DNA of 63,671 nt, counting the filler, from Octopus bimaculoides (taxonomy: Eukaryota), in the NCBI RefSeq assembly GCF_001194135.2. It is 8 parts of 6 records of this genome, joined end to end, with 100 filler letters (N's around TTAATTAATTAA, not from the genome) between each part and the next. Parts side by side here need not be neighbours in the genome. Positions count along the whole stretch, not along the records: positions 14,977 to 28,311 come from NC_068987.1; positions 28,412 to 43,992 come from NC_068983.1; 6 more parts are not named here. One strand, 5' to 3'. Below, in pieces: positions 23,401 to 36,406 of this stretch. The position numbers and the translations under genes are program-made. A model generated the notes under the pieces. The model saw nothing but the letters and a program-made list of their open reading frames with translations. It was not told where the DNA came from and ran no database searches. Each line of letters opens with the position of its first letter. Positions within the stretch are counted from its first letter, which is position 1.

Positions 23401-26400
23401 GCGGTCCCGCACTCCGTTCAACGGTCCCAAAAAATGGGGACCATCGACGTAGTGAGGGACTATTGAACTTTTGGAGACCATTGAACCCAGTGAGGGACCA
23501 CTGAACTTTTTGGGACCGTTGAACGCAGTGAGGGACCACTGATCTTTTTTACCGTTGAACGCAGTGAGGGACCTCTGAACTTATCGGGACCTCTGAACTT
23601 ATCGGCACCGTTGAACGCAGTGAGGGACCACCAAAAAGAACAGTGGTACCGCACTGCGTTCAACGGTCCCAAAAAGATCAGTGTTCCATCAAAGGATTCA
23701 AAGGACCCCAACAGTTCAATGGTCCCCCACTGCGTATGGTAATAAACTTCCTTTGCGACCACACTACTTCAGATTCAATCTCAATGAATGGATCTTTGGA
23801 AAATTACCTTTGAACGCAGTGGGAGACCATTGGACGCAGTGAGGGACCATTGAACGCAGTGGAGACCATTGAACGCAGTGAGAGAGGGAGAGAATAGAGA
23901 GATAGTAGGAGAGGAGCGAGAGAGATGGAGGAGGAAGAGAGAGAGAATAGCGAGAGAAATATCGGTGCGAGAGCGTGAGTGAGAGAGAATGAGAGAGAGA
24001 AGGAGAGAGAGATAGAAAGAGTGAGAGAGAAGAGCGAAAGGGAGGAGCGAGAGAGAGGAGCGAGAGAGAGGAGAGAAAGAGACAGAAGAGCGAGAGAGAG
24101 TGGTCCACAACTGCATTCAATGGTCCCTCACTGCGTATGGTAACAAACGTCCTTTTCGTCCACACTACATCAGGTTCAATCTGAATGAATGGATCTTTGG
24201 GAAATTATCTTTGAACGCAGTGGGGGACCATTGAACGCAGTGAGGGACCATTGAACACAGTGGAGACCATTGAACGCAGTGAGGGACGATTGAACGCAGT
24301 GAGGGACGATTGAACGCAGTGGCGGATCATTGAACTTGTGGGGGGCCATTGAAGACAATTTCCCAAAGTTCCATTCATTGAGATTGAACTTGAAGTAATG
24401 TGGTCGTAATGGAAATTTGTTACCATACGCAGTGAGGGAAAATTGAACGCAGTGGTAGACCATTGAACGCAGGAGGATCAAGAGGGACAGAGGAGCGAAA
24501 GAGAGAGACGGGCGAGAGAGCGAGAGAATAGCGAGATAGTGAGAGAGGAGCGAGAGAGATAGAGGAGGAAGAGATAGAGAAGAGCGAGAGAAATATCGGA
24601 GCGAGAGAGAGAGAGAGTGAGAAAGAGAAAGAGAGAGAGAGATAGAAAGAGCGAGACAGGGGACCGAGAGAGAGGAGCGAGAGAGAGGAGCGAGAGAGAG
24701 GAGCGAGAGAGAGGAGCGAGAGAGAGGAGCGANNNNNNNNNNNNNNNNNNNNNNNNNNNNNNNNNNNNNNNNNNNNNNNNNNNNNNNNNNNNNNNNNNNN
24801 NNNNNNNNNNNNNNNNNNNNNNNNNNNNNNNNNNNNNNNNNNNNNNNNNNNNNNNNNNNNNNNNNNNNNNNNNNNNNNNNNNNNNNNNNNNNNNNNNNNN
24901 NNNNNNNNNNNNNNNNNNNNNNNNNNNNNNNNNNNNNNNNNNNNNNNNNNNNNNNNNNNNNNNNNNNNNNNNNNNNNNNNNNNNNNNNNNNNNNNNNNNN
25001 NNNNNNNNNNNNNNNNNNNNNNNNNNNNNNNNNNNNNNNNNNNNNNNNNNNNNNNNNNNNNNNNNNNNNNNNNNNNNNNNNNNNNNNNNNNNNNNNNNNN
25101 NNNNNNNNNNNNNNNNNNNNNNNNNNNNNNNNNNNNNNNNNNNNNNNNNNNNNNNNNNNNNNNNNNNNNNNNNNNNNNNNNNNNNNNNNNNNNNNNNNAC
25201 TTTTGGGGACCATTGAACCCAGTGAGGGACCACTGAACGTTTTGGGACCGTTGAACGCAGTGAGGGACCACTGATCTTTTTTACCGTTGAACGCAGTGAG
25301 GGACCTCTGAACTTATCGGGAACGTTGAACGCAGTGAGGGACCACCAAAAAGAACAGTGGTCCCGCACTGGGGCGCATTGAAGGCAGTGAGGGAACACCA
25401 CGAAGAACAGTGGTCCCGCACTGCGTTCAACGGTCCCAAAAAGATCAGTGGTCCCTCATTGGATACAATGGACGCCAAAAGTTCAATGGTCACTCACTGC
25501 GTTCAATGGTCCCCCACTGCGTATGGTAATAAATTTCCTTTTCGACAACACTACATCAGGTTCAATCGCAATGAATGGATCTTTGGGAAATTACCTTTCA
25601 ACGCAGTGGGGGACCATTGAAAGCAGTGAGGGACCACCCAAAAGAACAGTGGTCCCGCACTCCGTTCAACGCAGTGGGAGACCATTGAACGCAGTCAGGG
25701 ACCATTGAACGCAGTGGAGACCATTGAACGCAGTCAGGGACGATTGAACGCAGTGGCGGATCGTTGAACTTGTGGGGGGCCATTGAAGACAATTTCCCAA
25801 AGTTCCATTCATTGAGATTGAACTTGAAGTCGTGTGGTCGAAATGGAAATGTGTTACCATACGCAGTGAGGGAACATTGAACGCAGTGGTGAACCATTGA
25901 ACGCAGGAGGAGCAAGAGGGACAGAGGAGCGAAAGAGAGAGAGGGGCGAGAGAGCGAGAGACTAGCGATATAGTGAGAGAGGAGCGAGAGAGATAGAGGA
26001 GAAAGAGAAAGAGAAGAGCGAGAGAAACATCGTAGCGAGAGCGAGAGAGGGAGTGTGAGAAGGAGAAAGAGAGAGATAGAAAGAGTGAGAGAGAAGAGCG
26101 AGAAAGAGGACCGAGAGAGAGGAGCGAATGATAGAGAAGGGCGAGAGACAATGGTCCACAACTGCGTTCAATGATCCACCATTGCGTTCAATGGTCCTCA
26201 CTGTGTATGGGAACAAACGTCCTTTTCGACCACACTACTTCAGGTTCAATCTCAGTGAATGGAACTTTGGGAAATTATCTTTGAACGCAATGGGGTCCAG
26301 TGAGTGACCATTGAACTGTTGGAGACCACTGAACCTAGTGACGGACCACTGAACGTTTTGGGCAGTTGTACGCAGTGAAAGACCACTGAAATTTTTGTAC

Positions 26401-28310
26401 CGTTGAACGCAGTGAGGGACCACCAAAAAGAACAGTGGTCCCGTACTGGGGCCCATTGAACGCAGTGAGGGAGCACCAAAAAGAACAGTAGTCCCGCACT
26501 GCGTTCAACGGTCCCCAAAAGATCAGTGGTCTCTCACTGGATTCAATGGACCCCAAAAGTTCAATGGTCACTCACTGCGTTCAATGGTCCCCCACTTCGT
26601 ATGGTAATAAACTTCCTTTGCGACCACACTATTTCAGGTTCAATCTCAATGAATGGATCTTTCGGAAATTACCTTTCAACGCAGTGGGGGACCATTGAAC
26701 GCAGTGAGGGACCACCAAAAAGAACAGTGGTCCCGCACTCCGTTCAACGGTCCCAAAAAGTGGGGGACCATCGAACGTAGTGAGGGACTATTGAACTTTT
26801 GGGGACCATTGAACCCAGTGAGGGACCACTGAACTTTTGGGGACCGTTGAACGCAGTGAGGGACCACTGATCATTTTTTACCTTCTCGGTGCGAGAGCGT
26901 GAGTGAGAGAGAGTGAGAGAGAGAAGGAGAGAGAGATAGAAAGAAAGACAGAGAAGAGCGAGAGAGAGGAGCGAGACAGAGAGAAGAGCAAGACAGAGTG
27001 GTCCACAACTGCGTTCAATGGTCCCTCACTGCGTATGGTAACAAACGTCCTTTTCGACCACACTACATGAATGGATCTTTGGGAAATTATCTTTGAACGC
27101 AGTGAGGGACCATTGAACGCAGTCAGGGACCATTGAACGCAGTGGAGACCATTGAACGCAGTGAGGGAAAATTGAACGCAGTGGCGTATCATTGAACTTG
27201 TGGGGGGCCATTGAAGACAATTTCCCAAAGTTCCATTCATTGAGATTGAACTTGAAGTAGTGTGGTCTAAATGGAAATTTGTTACCATACGCAGTGAGGG
27301 AACATTGAACGCAGTGGTGGAACATTGAACGCATGAGGAGCAAAAGGGACAGAGGAGCGAAAGAGCGAGAGGGGCGAGAGAGCGAGAGAATAGCGAGATA
27401 GTGAGAGAGGAGCGAGAGAGATAGAGGAGGAAGAGAGAGAGAAGAGCGAGAGAAATATCAGAGCGAGAGAAAAATCGGAACGAGAGCGAGAGAGAGAGTG
27501 AGAAAGGGAAAGAGAGAGAGAGATAGAAAGAGTGAGAGAGAAGAGCGAGAGGGAGGACCGAGAGAGAGGAGCGAAAGATAGAGAAGGGCGAGAGACAGTG
27601 GTCCACAACTGCGTTCAATGGTCCCTCACAGTGTATGGTAACAAACGTCCTTTTCGACCACACTACTTCAGATTCAATGTCAATGAATGGAACTTTGGGA
27701 AATTATCTTTGAACGCAGTGGGGGACCATTGGACGCAGTGAGTGACCATTTAACTGAAGGGGACCATTGAACCTAGTGAGGGACCACTGAACTTTTGGGG
27801 CAGTTGTACGCAGTGAAGGACCACTGAAATTTCTGTACCGTTGAACGCAGTGAGGGACCACCTAAAAGGACAGTGGTCCCGCACTGGGGACCAGTGAACG
27901 CAGTGAGGGATAACCAAAAAGAACAGTGGTCCCGCACTCCGTTCAACGGTCCCAAAAACTGGGGACCATCGAACGTAGTGAGGGACTATTGAACTTTTGG
28001 GGACCATTGAAACCAGTGAGGGACCACTGAACTTTTTGGGAACGTTGAACGCAGTGAGGGACCACAAAATAGAACAGTGGTCCCGCACTGGAAGCCCATT
28101 GAACGCAGTGAGGGAGCACAAAATGAACAGTGGACCCGCACTAAGTTCAACGGTCCCAAAAATATCAGTGGTCCCTCACTGGATTCAATGGACCCCAAGA
28201 GTTCAATGGTCACTCACTGCGTTCAATGGTCCCCCACAGCGTATGGTAATAAACTTCCTATGCGACCACACTACTTCAGGTTCAATCTCAATGAATGGAT
28301 CTTTGGGAAA
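20440..28310. repeat. Complex satellite: 20-bp unit (GGGACCATTGAACGCAGTGA and variants) in both orientations, ~90-bp module, GA-rich tracts, higher-order repeats
   Basis: Hundreds of unit-like copies. A ~90-bp module (CTGCGTATGGTAACAAAC...GGGAAATTATCTTTGAACG) starts near 21877, 22199, 22545, 23282, 23730, 24131, 25517, 26201, 26595, 27029, 27629 and 28237 (+), and lies at ~24350-24432, ~25783-25866 and ~27210-27295 (-). Confidence 0.9.
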
Positions 28311-28411
28311 TNNNNNNNNNNNNNNNNNNNNNNNNNNNNNNNNNNNNNNNNNNNNTTAATTAATTAANNNNNNNNNNNNNNNNNNNNNNNNNNNNNNNNN
28401 NNNNNNNNNNN

Positions 28412-28685
28412 AAATACCGCTATGCATTTCGCTCGGCGCGCTAACGTTTCTGATTTCTTTATTGCCCACAAGGGGCCAAACATAGAGGGAACAAACAAGG
28501 ACAGACAAAGGGATTAAGTCGATTACATCGACCCCCAATGCGTAACTGGTTCTTAATTTATCGACCCCGAAAGGATGAAAGGCAAAGTCGACCTCGGCGG
28601 AATTTGAACTCAGAACGTAAGGACAGACGAAATACCGCTATGCATTTCGCTCGGCGCGCTAACGTTTCTGCCAGTTCGCCGCCTT
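28412..28685 (-). mobile_element. SINE family A, head-to-tail dimer with alternative tail B
   Basis: Full copy 28452-28685 with tail TTAATCCCTTTGTCTGTCCTTG...TGTGGGCAATAAAGAAAT, fused directly to AGAAACGTTAGC of the next copy. Confidence 0.85.
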
Positions 28686-28689
28686 GGTC

Positions 28690-28800
28690 GTGGGGAAATG
28701 TTACGAAGGGAATGGCATCCGGCTTTAGAAAATCTGCTTCAATATACTCCGTCCGACGCGTGCAGGCATAGAAAGTGGACGTTAAAATGACGATGATGAT
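28690..28800 (+). mobile_element. 3' end of an RTE-tail repeat (family E)
   Basis: GGCATCCGGCTTTAGAAAATCTGC...GCATAGAAAGTGGACGTTAAAATGACGATGATG matches the reverse complement of 63309-63440. Confidence 0.65.
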
Positions 28801-29713
28801 TATGTACACACACACACGCATATATGTGTGTATGTGAATATATATTTATGTTGACACACACACACAGATATTTCTTCTGTCAGCGATAAGTAATTCATAA
28901 ACGCAATGTAAGGTTTTTACCCCTCTTTAGTAAGATTATCGCCTGTCAAAAAAGCCTTCTGTTTCATTGATTTCAGATTGATCTTTGCCCCTATTTACGG
29001 GGCAACGGCAGCCTAGATGTTTCTACAAGATTAATATGATGCGCAAAGGTCAATTCCTCGTGGGGCACAATTGGAATCTAAACATTCCTCCTCAGCTATT
29101 TCGTCATCTGAGATATACCCCCGAAGATATTCTAGAATATAAAATTACCAACTCACAGTATCTAAGCCTGTACAAAACAAACATGTTATCCTTTGGGGTC
29201 AAAATATCGGGGTGAAGTTTTTAGATCGTAAAAGTATAGTTGACATCTTTTTGTCTAGATTTAACACACACGACTGTTAGGGGTTGAGGGATACACAGAG
29301 GAAACGGATGAATATTCGAGGGTATTCGTAGAGTAGAACAATAGAGGGGAAAGAGAACGGGGGAGGAGGAGGAGGCGTGTCAAAAGCGCGGTATATTTGG
29401 TGTTGGAAATAATAGGTAAACATCAGCGAGAAAGAAAACAAAAGGGAAAAAAGTAGTTGACAGAAAAAGAAAAGGTGTTGGTAACTTTAACACTTCGTTT
29501 TCTATTGTCATAAACGGTCCTTTAATTATATCATATAATAAACTCATGACTAGAAAACTACTTTTAAATGTTCCCTCCTTCGCTGAAAACATGAACGACC
29601 ACCTCCATATTGGAGTCTTCCTTCACGTGACCGCTTCTCAACGCAGATATTCGTTTACTCTTCATTCAGGTCTCTCGCGAAAGCTAAAACAATTGCTTCT
29701 AAACTCAATGTTT

Positions 29714-29905
29714 AAGGTGGCGAGCTGGCAGAATTGTTAGCGCGTCGGACAAATTGCTGAGCAACATTTCTGCCGGCTGTCAACGTTGCAAGTTCAAATC
29801 ACATCCGCGGTCAACCATACTCTTCAGGGTCGATAAAATAAAGTACCAGTCAAATACTAGGGTCAATGTAATCGATTGTCCCAACCCCTTAAAATTGCTG
29901 ACCTC
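29714..29905 (+). mobile_element. Diverged SINE family A copy with internal deletions
   Basis: AAGGTGGCGAGCTGGCAGAATTGTTAGC...GGGTCGATAAAATAAAGTACCAG. Confidence 0.75.
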
Positions 29906-30137
29906 GGACTCTGCAACAGACCGGTGTCCCGTTCAGAGGGAGTGGTGTGATCTTGTTCATTTACATGCTATGAAAACCAAGTAAACTGCTTAATGAGTCC
30001 GAGGGTTCACGAAAAAAACTCCCTCAATATTTAGCCGAACTAATATAAATTCCTCAGAAATGATTATTTCTAGAGAGTTCTCGGGGGATGGCTAAGTTCA
30101 TAATACAATTTGTAAAAGAAAGCCAGCTTCCTTTAAT

Positions 30138-30515
30138 TACGAGGATGGGCAGAAAAGGCAAAGGACGACTATGAAGGAATGATGCTAGAACTGAAAAATC
30201 TTGCATACATGAATTTCAACTCTACTTTTTAATAACTGCATTGTTTCTTTCCAGGTAAACTGACACCTGACTCTTCAAAGAAGACTTCGAAAGCAACTAG
30301 TCGCGACTTCTCTTGAAAATGGACAAAATTTGGCATCGTGATGTTATCAAATACCGGTGGGAAAAAACGGGGGTGGTTTAACCCCTAGACATTCATGCTG
30401 ACATAGTTGCTATATTAGTGGTGACGCTCAAAGTTTACCAACAGTGTAAACGTGGGCAGCTGAGGAAGGGAGAGCCTTGAAGATGATCTAAGGTATGGAC
30501 GTCCTGCAACTGTCA
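30138..30515 (+). mobile_element. Mariner (DD34D) transposon 5' fragment
   Basis: TACGAGG terminus, then MDKIWHRDVIKY...DIHADIVAILV...WAAE..GREXLEDDLRYGRPAT (mariner HTH region, frameshifted). Confidence 0.75.
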
Positions 30516-30754
30516 TTTCGTATAGTCCTTAATGAAAATTATATATATATATATATATNNNNNNNNNNNNNNNNNNNNNNNNNNNNNNNNNNNNNNNNNN
30601 NNNNNNNNNNNNNNNNNNNNNNNNNNNNNNNNNNNNNNNNNNNNNNNNNNNNNNNNNNNNNNNNNNNNNNNNNNNNNNNNNNNNNNNNNNNNNNNNNNNN
30701 NNNNNNNNNNNNNNNNNNNNNNNNNNNNNNNNNNNNNNNNNNNNNNNNNNNNNN

Positions 30755-30791
<37 letters not shown>

Positions 30792-31018
30792 ATATATATA
30801 TATATATATATGCACACATATACACATACATATACACATGCATACACACATAACACACATACACACGCACACGCATACTCAATCGTGTATTAATACGCAT
30901 GTGCATGAATTGTGTGTATGTATGGGTTTTGTGTAAGTAGATGTGTGTGTGTGAATATGTTTGCATATGGCTATATAGGTAAATGGATCTGTAGAGTGAG
31001 TATGTGTTTGTGCGTGTG

Positions 31019-31050
<32 letters not shown>

Positions 31051-31147
31051 TGTATGTGTGTATATGTGTGTACATATATAACATTCCCCCATCAGCGGAA
31101 GTTGTCCAACCACCATTAAAACATGCCTCATGAAGTCAGCCTATAAT

Positions 31148-31166
31148 TTCCCTCTAGATGGCGCTA
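31148..31166 (+). promoter_or_regulatory. CTCF-like binding motif
   Basis: TTCCCTCTAGATGGCGCTA fits the CC(A/G/T)SYAGRKGGCRC core. It lies in a ~250-bp non-repetitive island that also has an AP-1 motif, TGACTCA (~31265). Confidence 0.4.
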
Positions 31167-31343
31167 AGTCGTTGATACTGAATTGACCGACCAATCATTC
31201 GACTGCTATCATCATACAGTGTGCTTTTTCTTTAATTGCTTCTGGGCTGTTTACGTTAAATTGTTGACTCAGTGCCTGAGGGGCCGGGCTGCCCACAAAA
31301 GCATTCAGTCTCGTGCCATTCGCAGAACAAAAGGAACTGTTTC

Positions 31344-31398
<55 letters not shown>

Positions 31399-31459
31399 TT
31401 CTTTCTTTCTTCCTTATTCCATCTACTCTTGTTTTTCTTCCACCAACTCTCTCTGTATG

Positions 31460-31506
<47 letters not shown>

Positions 31507-31734
31507 CCACGCACAAACACACACACAAACGCACACTGAAAATGGTAAATGAAAGGAAAATTAGAGATGTGTGCATGAGTGTGTGTAAGTATATACGTAT
31601 ATATTCACATGTATATGTAATACACACACACACAGACAAATTCTCACTTACACACACACACACACACACACATACACACACACATAAACACAAACACACA
31701 TATCACTTAGAAAACTTAGATGTTTTGCTCTGAG

Positions 31735-31960
31735 ATTGGCCCAGGCCATGTCTAATTTGAAAGTATTAATTGCTAGGATTTGTTTAGTCATTTTGATGTC
31801 ACGTTTTATGGTATCATGGTCCATTCAAGTAGTGAGTTCTTATTGACTGAGTTGTAGCCAGGTATGGGTGGCTTATCTGGCATTCTTTAAAGAAATTTGT
31901 CCAGATATCGTTTGAAAGTTGTGTGTGCACACACGAGATCTTCTCTTGTTTTGCTGCTAC
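31735..31960 (-). mobile_element. CR1-like LINE 3' end
   Basis: Minus frame PPIPGYNSVNKNSLLEW. Homologous to 45996-46140. Confidence 0.65.
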
Positions 31961-32111
31961 TTCCCCCCTCCCACGTCACTTCTTTATTTCTTACACCCGT
32001 TCTTACACTTCTTTTAAATGGCGTAATTTCAATAAGTTTTATAATTTTTATAATCCTTATAATTTTTCAATATTTTAACATTCTTAGTGTATCTCATCTT
32101 TTTCAGTAACT

Positions 32112-32235
32112 AAGCCCGTGAGATGGCGGAATCGTTGTAGCCGAGGTTGACTTTACCTTTCATCCTTACGGAGTTGATAAATTAAGTACCAGTTACGTAC
32201 TGGGATTAGTGTAATCAACTAATCCCGGCCCCGAA
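32112..32235 (+). mobile_element. Internally deleted SINE family A copy
   Basis: Head followed directly by the core GACTTTACCTTTCATCCTT.CGG.GTTGATAAATTAAGTACCAG. Confidence 0.7.
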
Positions 32236-32689
32236 NNNNNNNNNNNNNNNNNNNNNNNNNNNNNNNNNNNNNNNNNNNNNNNNNNNNNNNNNNNNNNNNN
32301 NNNNNNNNNNNNNNNNNNNNNNNNNNNNNNNNNNNNNNNNNNNNNNTTTTATTTCTTATTTATTTCTATATCCCAACAAATAGTCCCAATTTTTCTACTT
32401 TGTATTGTCTTATTTCATTTTATCTATGTTACTTTTTTGAACTACTGACCATCCCTCCAAAACAATACATCTGTCACTATGATTTCTTTTTCATTCTTTT
32501 AGTTGTTCTGTTTGTCAGTATTTTTCAATATTTTTGCAATCCTTATTCAATATAAATATTTTTTGTATCATTCAAGATTTTGTTTCTTAAAGAGAAAAGG
32601 AAAAAAATAGAAAAAAAAAAAGAAAAAGAGAAAAAGAGAAAAATAAAAGAAATAAAGGAGCTGGTACAGGTGTTTGAAGAATGCAATTG

Positions 32690-33130
32690 GAAGAATTCAA
32701 TAGAGAAATAACAGATGAATATTAGAAGATAGCAATTTAAATCCGACCCAACAAGATCGTAATTGTAGAAACTGGTCGCAGTGTCCATTAAGTAATAAGT
32801 GCATCTCGAAAGAGCTCGTCTACAAGGCTGAAGTTCAAAACAATAGAGATACCGTAAAATCATAAATAGGGTTGACAGAAAACACCTTTAAGGTTCGTTT
32901 CATGCAACACTTTTATACGATCCGTGGCAGTAGTAGAAGGAATTTTACATCGTTATCTAAGTACATCAGGAACATAAGGAGAATAGTATAACTAATCCTA
33001 TCATCAAGCGGAGCATTTTAGCCAAAGCAAGCGCCTATTAGGGACGAGACACAAAATGCAATCTGTGCGTAACCGAAAAACTCCATATCTTAAAGTTTAC
33101 AAGCATTTAAATATACTCCTTCTCCACCAG
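32690..33130 (+). mobile_element. Penelope-like element, decayed GIY-YIG endonuclease
   Basis: NCRNWSQCPLSNKC..LVYKAEV..*IGLTENTFKVRFMQH..TSLSKYI..ILAKASAY..CNLCVTEKLHIL. These are the CxC..CPL, VY, YIG, R..H and CNLC motifs of PLE EN. Confidence 0.8.
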
Positions 33131-33759
33131 ACGAATTCCATATACAAACGGGACATCAGAAATCCTGAACGCGGATTTTTAACCCCTCCCCCGCTTCATC
33201 CTTACCATAATAACCACTGCGTACCCCCACCATTATTCTAACCAATACTGTCATTACAATTGCCACTCCCATTTTTCTTCTTCGATTTCATTATTAACTC
33301 TAACACCACTATCGGAACCGTTGTGAGTAGTAGTACATATACATTTGGCCGGCTTTACCTCTTGATCCCTTCAACAATATATCTATACCTTCCATCATTT
33401 TTTCTGTTAGCCACCTGTATCGTTACTTACATTTATTATTATTGCTATCACCTAATATTACACCTTTTTATACTCTCACCCTCTTTATTTATTCTACTCA
33501 TCTTCCTCGCTTTCTTTGCCCTTAGCTTTATTTATTTACTTAGTTTATATTTTGCTCAAATTTCCTTCCTAATTTAAGTTTCTAGTTTTTTAGTCTTTCA
33601 GACACATCCGGTTTTTTTTTTTTTGCCTTTTCTTATTTTTTCTTGTTTTTTTTTCCTGATTTTTTTCCCTCCAATATTTTTTCAACATTTTCTGTAATTT
33701 TTTTCCGAAAAATGTTTCTTATAAGGTTCCTTATAATGTTATTATTATCACGAAAAACG

Positions 33760-34620
33760 CAAAATATATATCTTCGAGAAATGCAGCTTGACGAACCGGT
33801 ATCCGGAGAAAATGTGTCCCCAACTGATAAAGCAAAACAGATAAAAAATGTTGTCAAGCTAACCAGCCTCCAATACATTAAAGAAAAATGGGAGCAAAAA
33901 CCACTGCATGGCAAATATCCGAGTAGAGTCAGAGACCCTGATATAAATCAGACCCTTACTCTTCAATGACTGATATGCTCTGGTCTCAAGCCAGAAAATG
34001 AGGGGCGTATTATTGCTTCTCAGGATTAGTGCCTTCCAACAAGGAATTACTTGGATAATGTTCTGAAACCCGAAAACAGCCCATCGTGCCGTGTATGTGG
34101 AGAAAGTCCAGAGACAATCGATTACATAAGCTCTTGATGCGACCGACTGGAACCAACAGAGTATGTACTGACATGGCAGGGCAGCTCGATACATACATTG
34201 GTCAAAATGCTTCACGTACAACCTTCGTCACAAAGAGAATTGGTAGGAACATAAACTATTACAAGTTGTCCAGAATGCTGAAGTTCAAATCCTTTGGAAT
34301 TTCTGTGTTCAGACTAATCGGAAAATGTAGGCTAACCAACCAGATACCATTGGGGGAAAATCATATTGAAAAGGCTTGTGTTTTGGTGGATATTGCAACC
34401 CCTGTTGACAAAAAACACATCTTTGTAAACGTTTGAGAAATTGAGCAAATATAAGGACTTGGAGATGGAAATCAGAAGAACGTGGTTTCTCATAGCAACA
34501 ATTTTACCTATTGTTATTGGGATGCTTGGATGGCAGCCTGAAAATATGTGAATTATATAGGATTATACTTGTGGCATCTCACATATTTTACTTAAGTTCC
34601 TCTCCGTGTAAATGCAGTCT
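33760..34620 (+). mobile_element. Decayed RLE-type LINE fragment
   Basis: KWEQKPLHGKYP..DINQ..SGLKPENEGRIIASQD..PTRNY..CRVCGESPETIDYI, then KLSKYKDLEMEI. Confidence 0.75.
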
Positions 34621-34758
34621 TATTAATTTTTTTCCCCATTGTATGGTGCCTCACCTGTTTGCATCTTTAGATGAGAACAGGTGACAATCTTTTTTTTTCC
34701 CTTGGCGTCTCTAACTGAAACTTGGATGCAGCTTGTATAAATTAAAGCAAAACCAAAC

Positions 34759-34803
<45 letters not shown>

Positions 34804-34909
34804 TTCAATGGAAGGAGGGGAAAATCGTGATACCAGCTTCCTGCCTTCGTTGTCCCAACCCTCATATAATCTCGTTAGGGTTAGGGTTTTATGTATATAC
34901 ATACATATA

Positions 34910-34944
<35 letters not shown>

Positions 34945-34958
34945 GTATATATATATAC

Positions 34959-35052
<94 letters not shown>

Positions 35053-35359
35053 TCCTATATTTAATGTTGCCAAAATACAATTTGTTGTTGTCGAACTGGT
35101 TATATGAACCGTAACCATTCCGTCTTCCATTTAAATCCACTTGCACTACTCAGATTTCTCCCTCTCTCCCTCTCTTTGTTAAAACAATAGGGTGTGAGTT
35201 GAGGAAGCTTTGGCAGTTATGTCTAGCAGATGGAGAGACCATCAGGAGACATCCCTGTTAGTATCAAGTGAACTCTGCTGAACTCCAAAGGTTTTTTGTT
35301 CAACACAAAGTCTTGTTTTCTTCCCGTTTCTCTAATATCGTATTAAGTATGTAATAGTG

Positions 35360-35494
35360 AAAGCAGGTAGGCGTGGCAAGTGACTCGAGGTGCGGGTGGT
35401 CCACAAAGCAGGTAGGCGTGGCAAGTGGCTAAATATGCGGGTGGTCTACAAAGCAGGTTGATGTGGTAAGTGGCTCTACATACGGGTGGTCTAA
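35360..35494 (+). repeat. 45-bp minisatellite x3
   Basis: AAAGCAGGTAGGCGTGGCAAGTG-[variable]-TGCGGGTGGTC(C/T)AC units start at 35360, 35405 and 35450. Confidence 0.8.
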
Positions 35495-35782
35495 GGACCT
35501 GAACAATGGAACTATCTTAAAAGAAATACACTTGGAGAGAATAAATTTAACTGTAATTCAATAGAGGCCCCAATAGTTATATAATAGAAGCACTTAATGT
35601 GTACATACATACATACATACAAACATATGTACGTACGTACATACTTATGTACGTGAATACATATGTACGTACGTACGTACGTACGTACGTACATACTTAT
35701 GTACGTACAAAGAAACATACAAGCATGCACATTCGTACTCACACATGCTCTCGTAGTAGGTATATACGCATGTATATACGAA

Positions 35783-35849
<67 letters not shown>

Positions 35850-35851
35850 AT

Positions 35852-35884
<33 letters not shown>

Positions 35885-35997
35885 CACATATATACACATA
35901 TATACACATATACCTAACACTATCTATCTATAAATATATATATCACACCTATTTACATATGTATATATATATATGTATGAATATATATATATTTATA

Positions 35998-36037
<40 letters not shown>

Positions 36038-36300
36038 CATACACACGCCGTAGAAACCGCAAAACCGGGCCCTTGAGAAATGAGGCATCGTCAAGATTAC
36101 GACCTTCAAACAAATATATTCATCTTTCATACCTCGCCAAAGGTGAATTATTCAAATCCCAAAGAATTCCTCTCAACACATGTTAACCCATCTTTTATAT
36201 GAAGACAAGACAATGTGCATGATAACACTTGCAATTAATTAAGATCAGAAGCCATGAGAGCCACTGTCTGGTACCGCATTAGGGCATTTACTACTACTAC

Positions 36301-36351
<51 letters not shown>

Positions 36352-36406
36352 CATTATTATTATTATTGTTGTTATTATTATTATTGTTGTTATTATTATT
36401 ATTATA

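Noticed and set aside
20440-28310. CRISPR-like array (palindromic ~20-bp repeats with intervening sequence)
   Set aside because: The intervening sequences are themselves repeated, not unique spacers. Orientation is mixed, there are no cas genes, and the context is eukaryotic.
21600-28360. Many 60-345 aa ORFs (HCVQWSLTAFNGP..., SLSLS...)
   Set aside because: These are translations of the 20-bp satellite and GA tracts in all frames and on both strands.
30241-30360. Splice acceptor-like ttgtttctttccag as a host exon
   Set aside because: It lies within the 5' region of a mariner fragment.
34878-34890. TTAGGG telomeric repeats
   Set aside because: Only two units, with no array.
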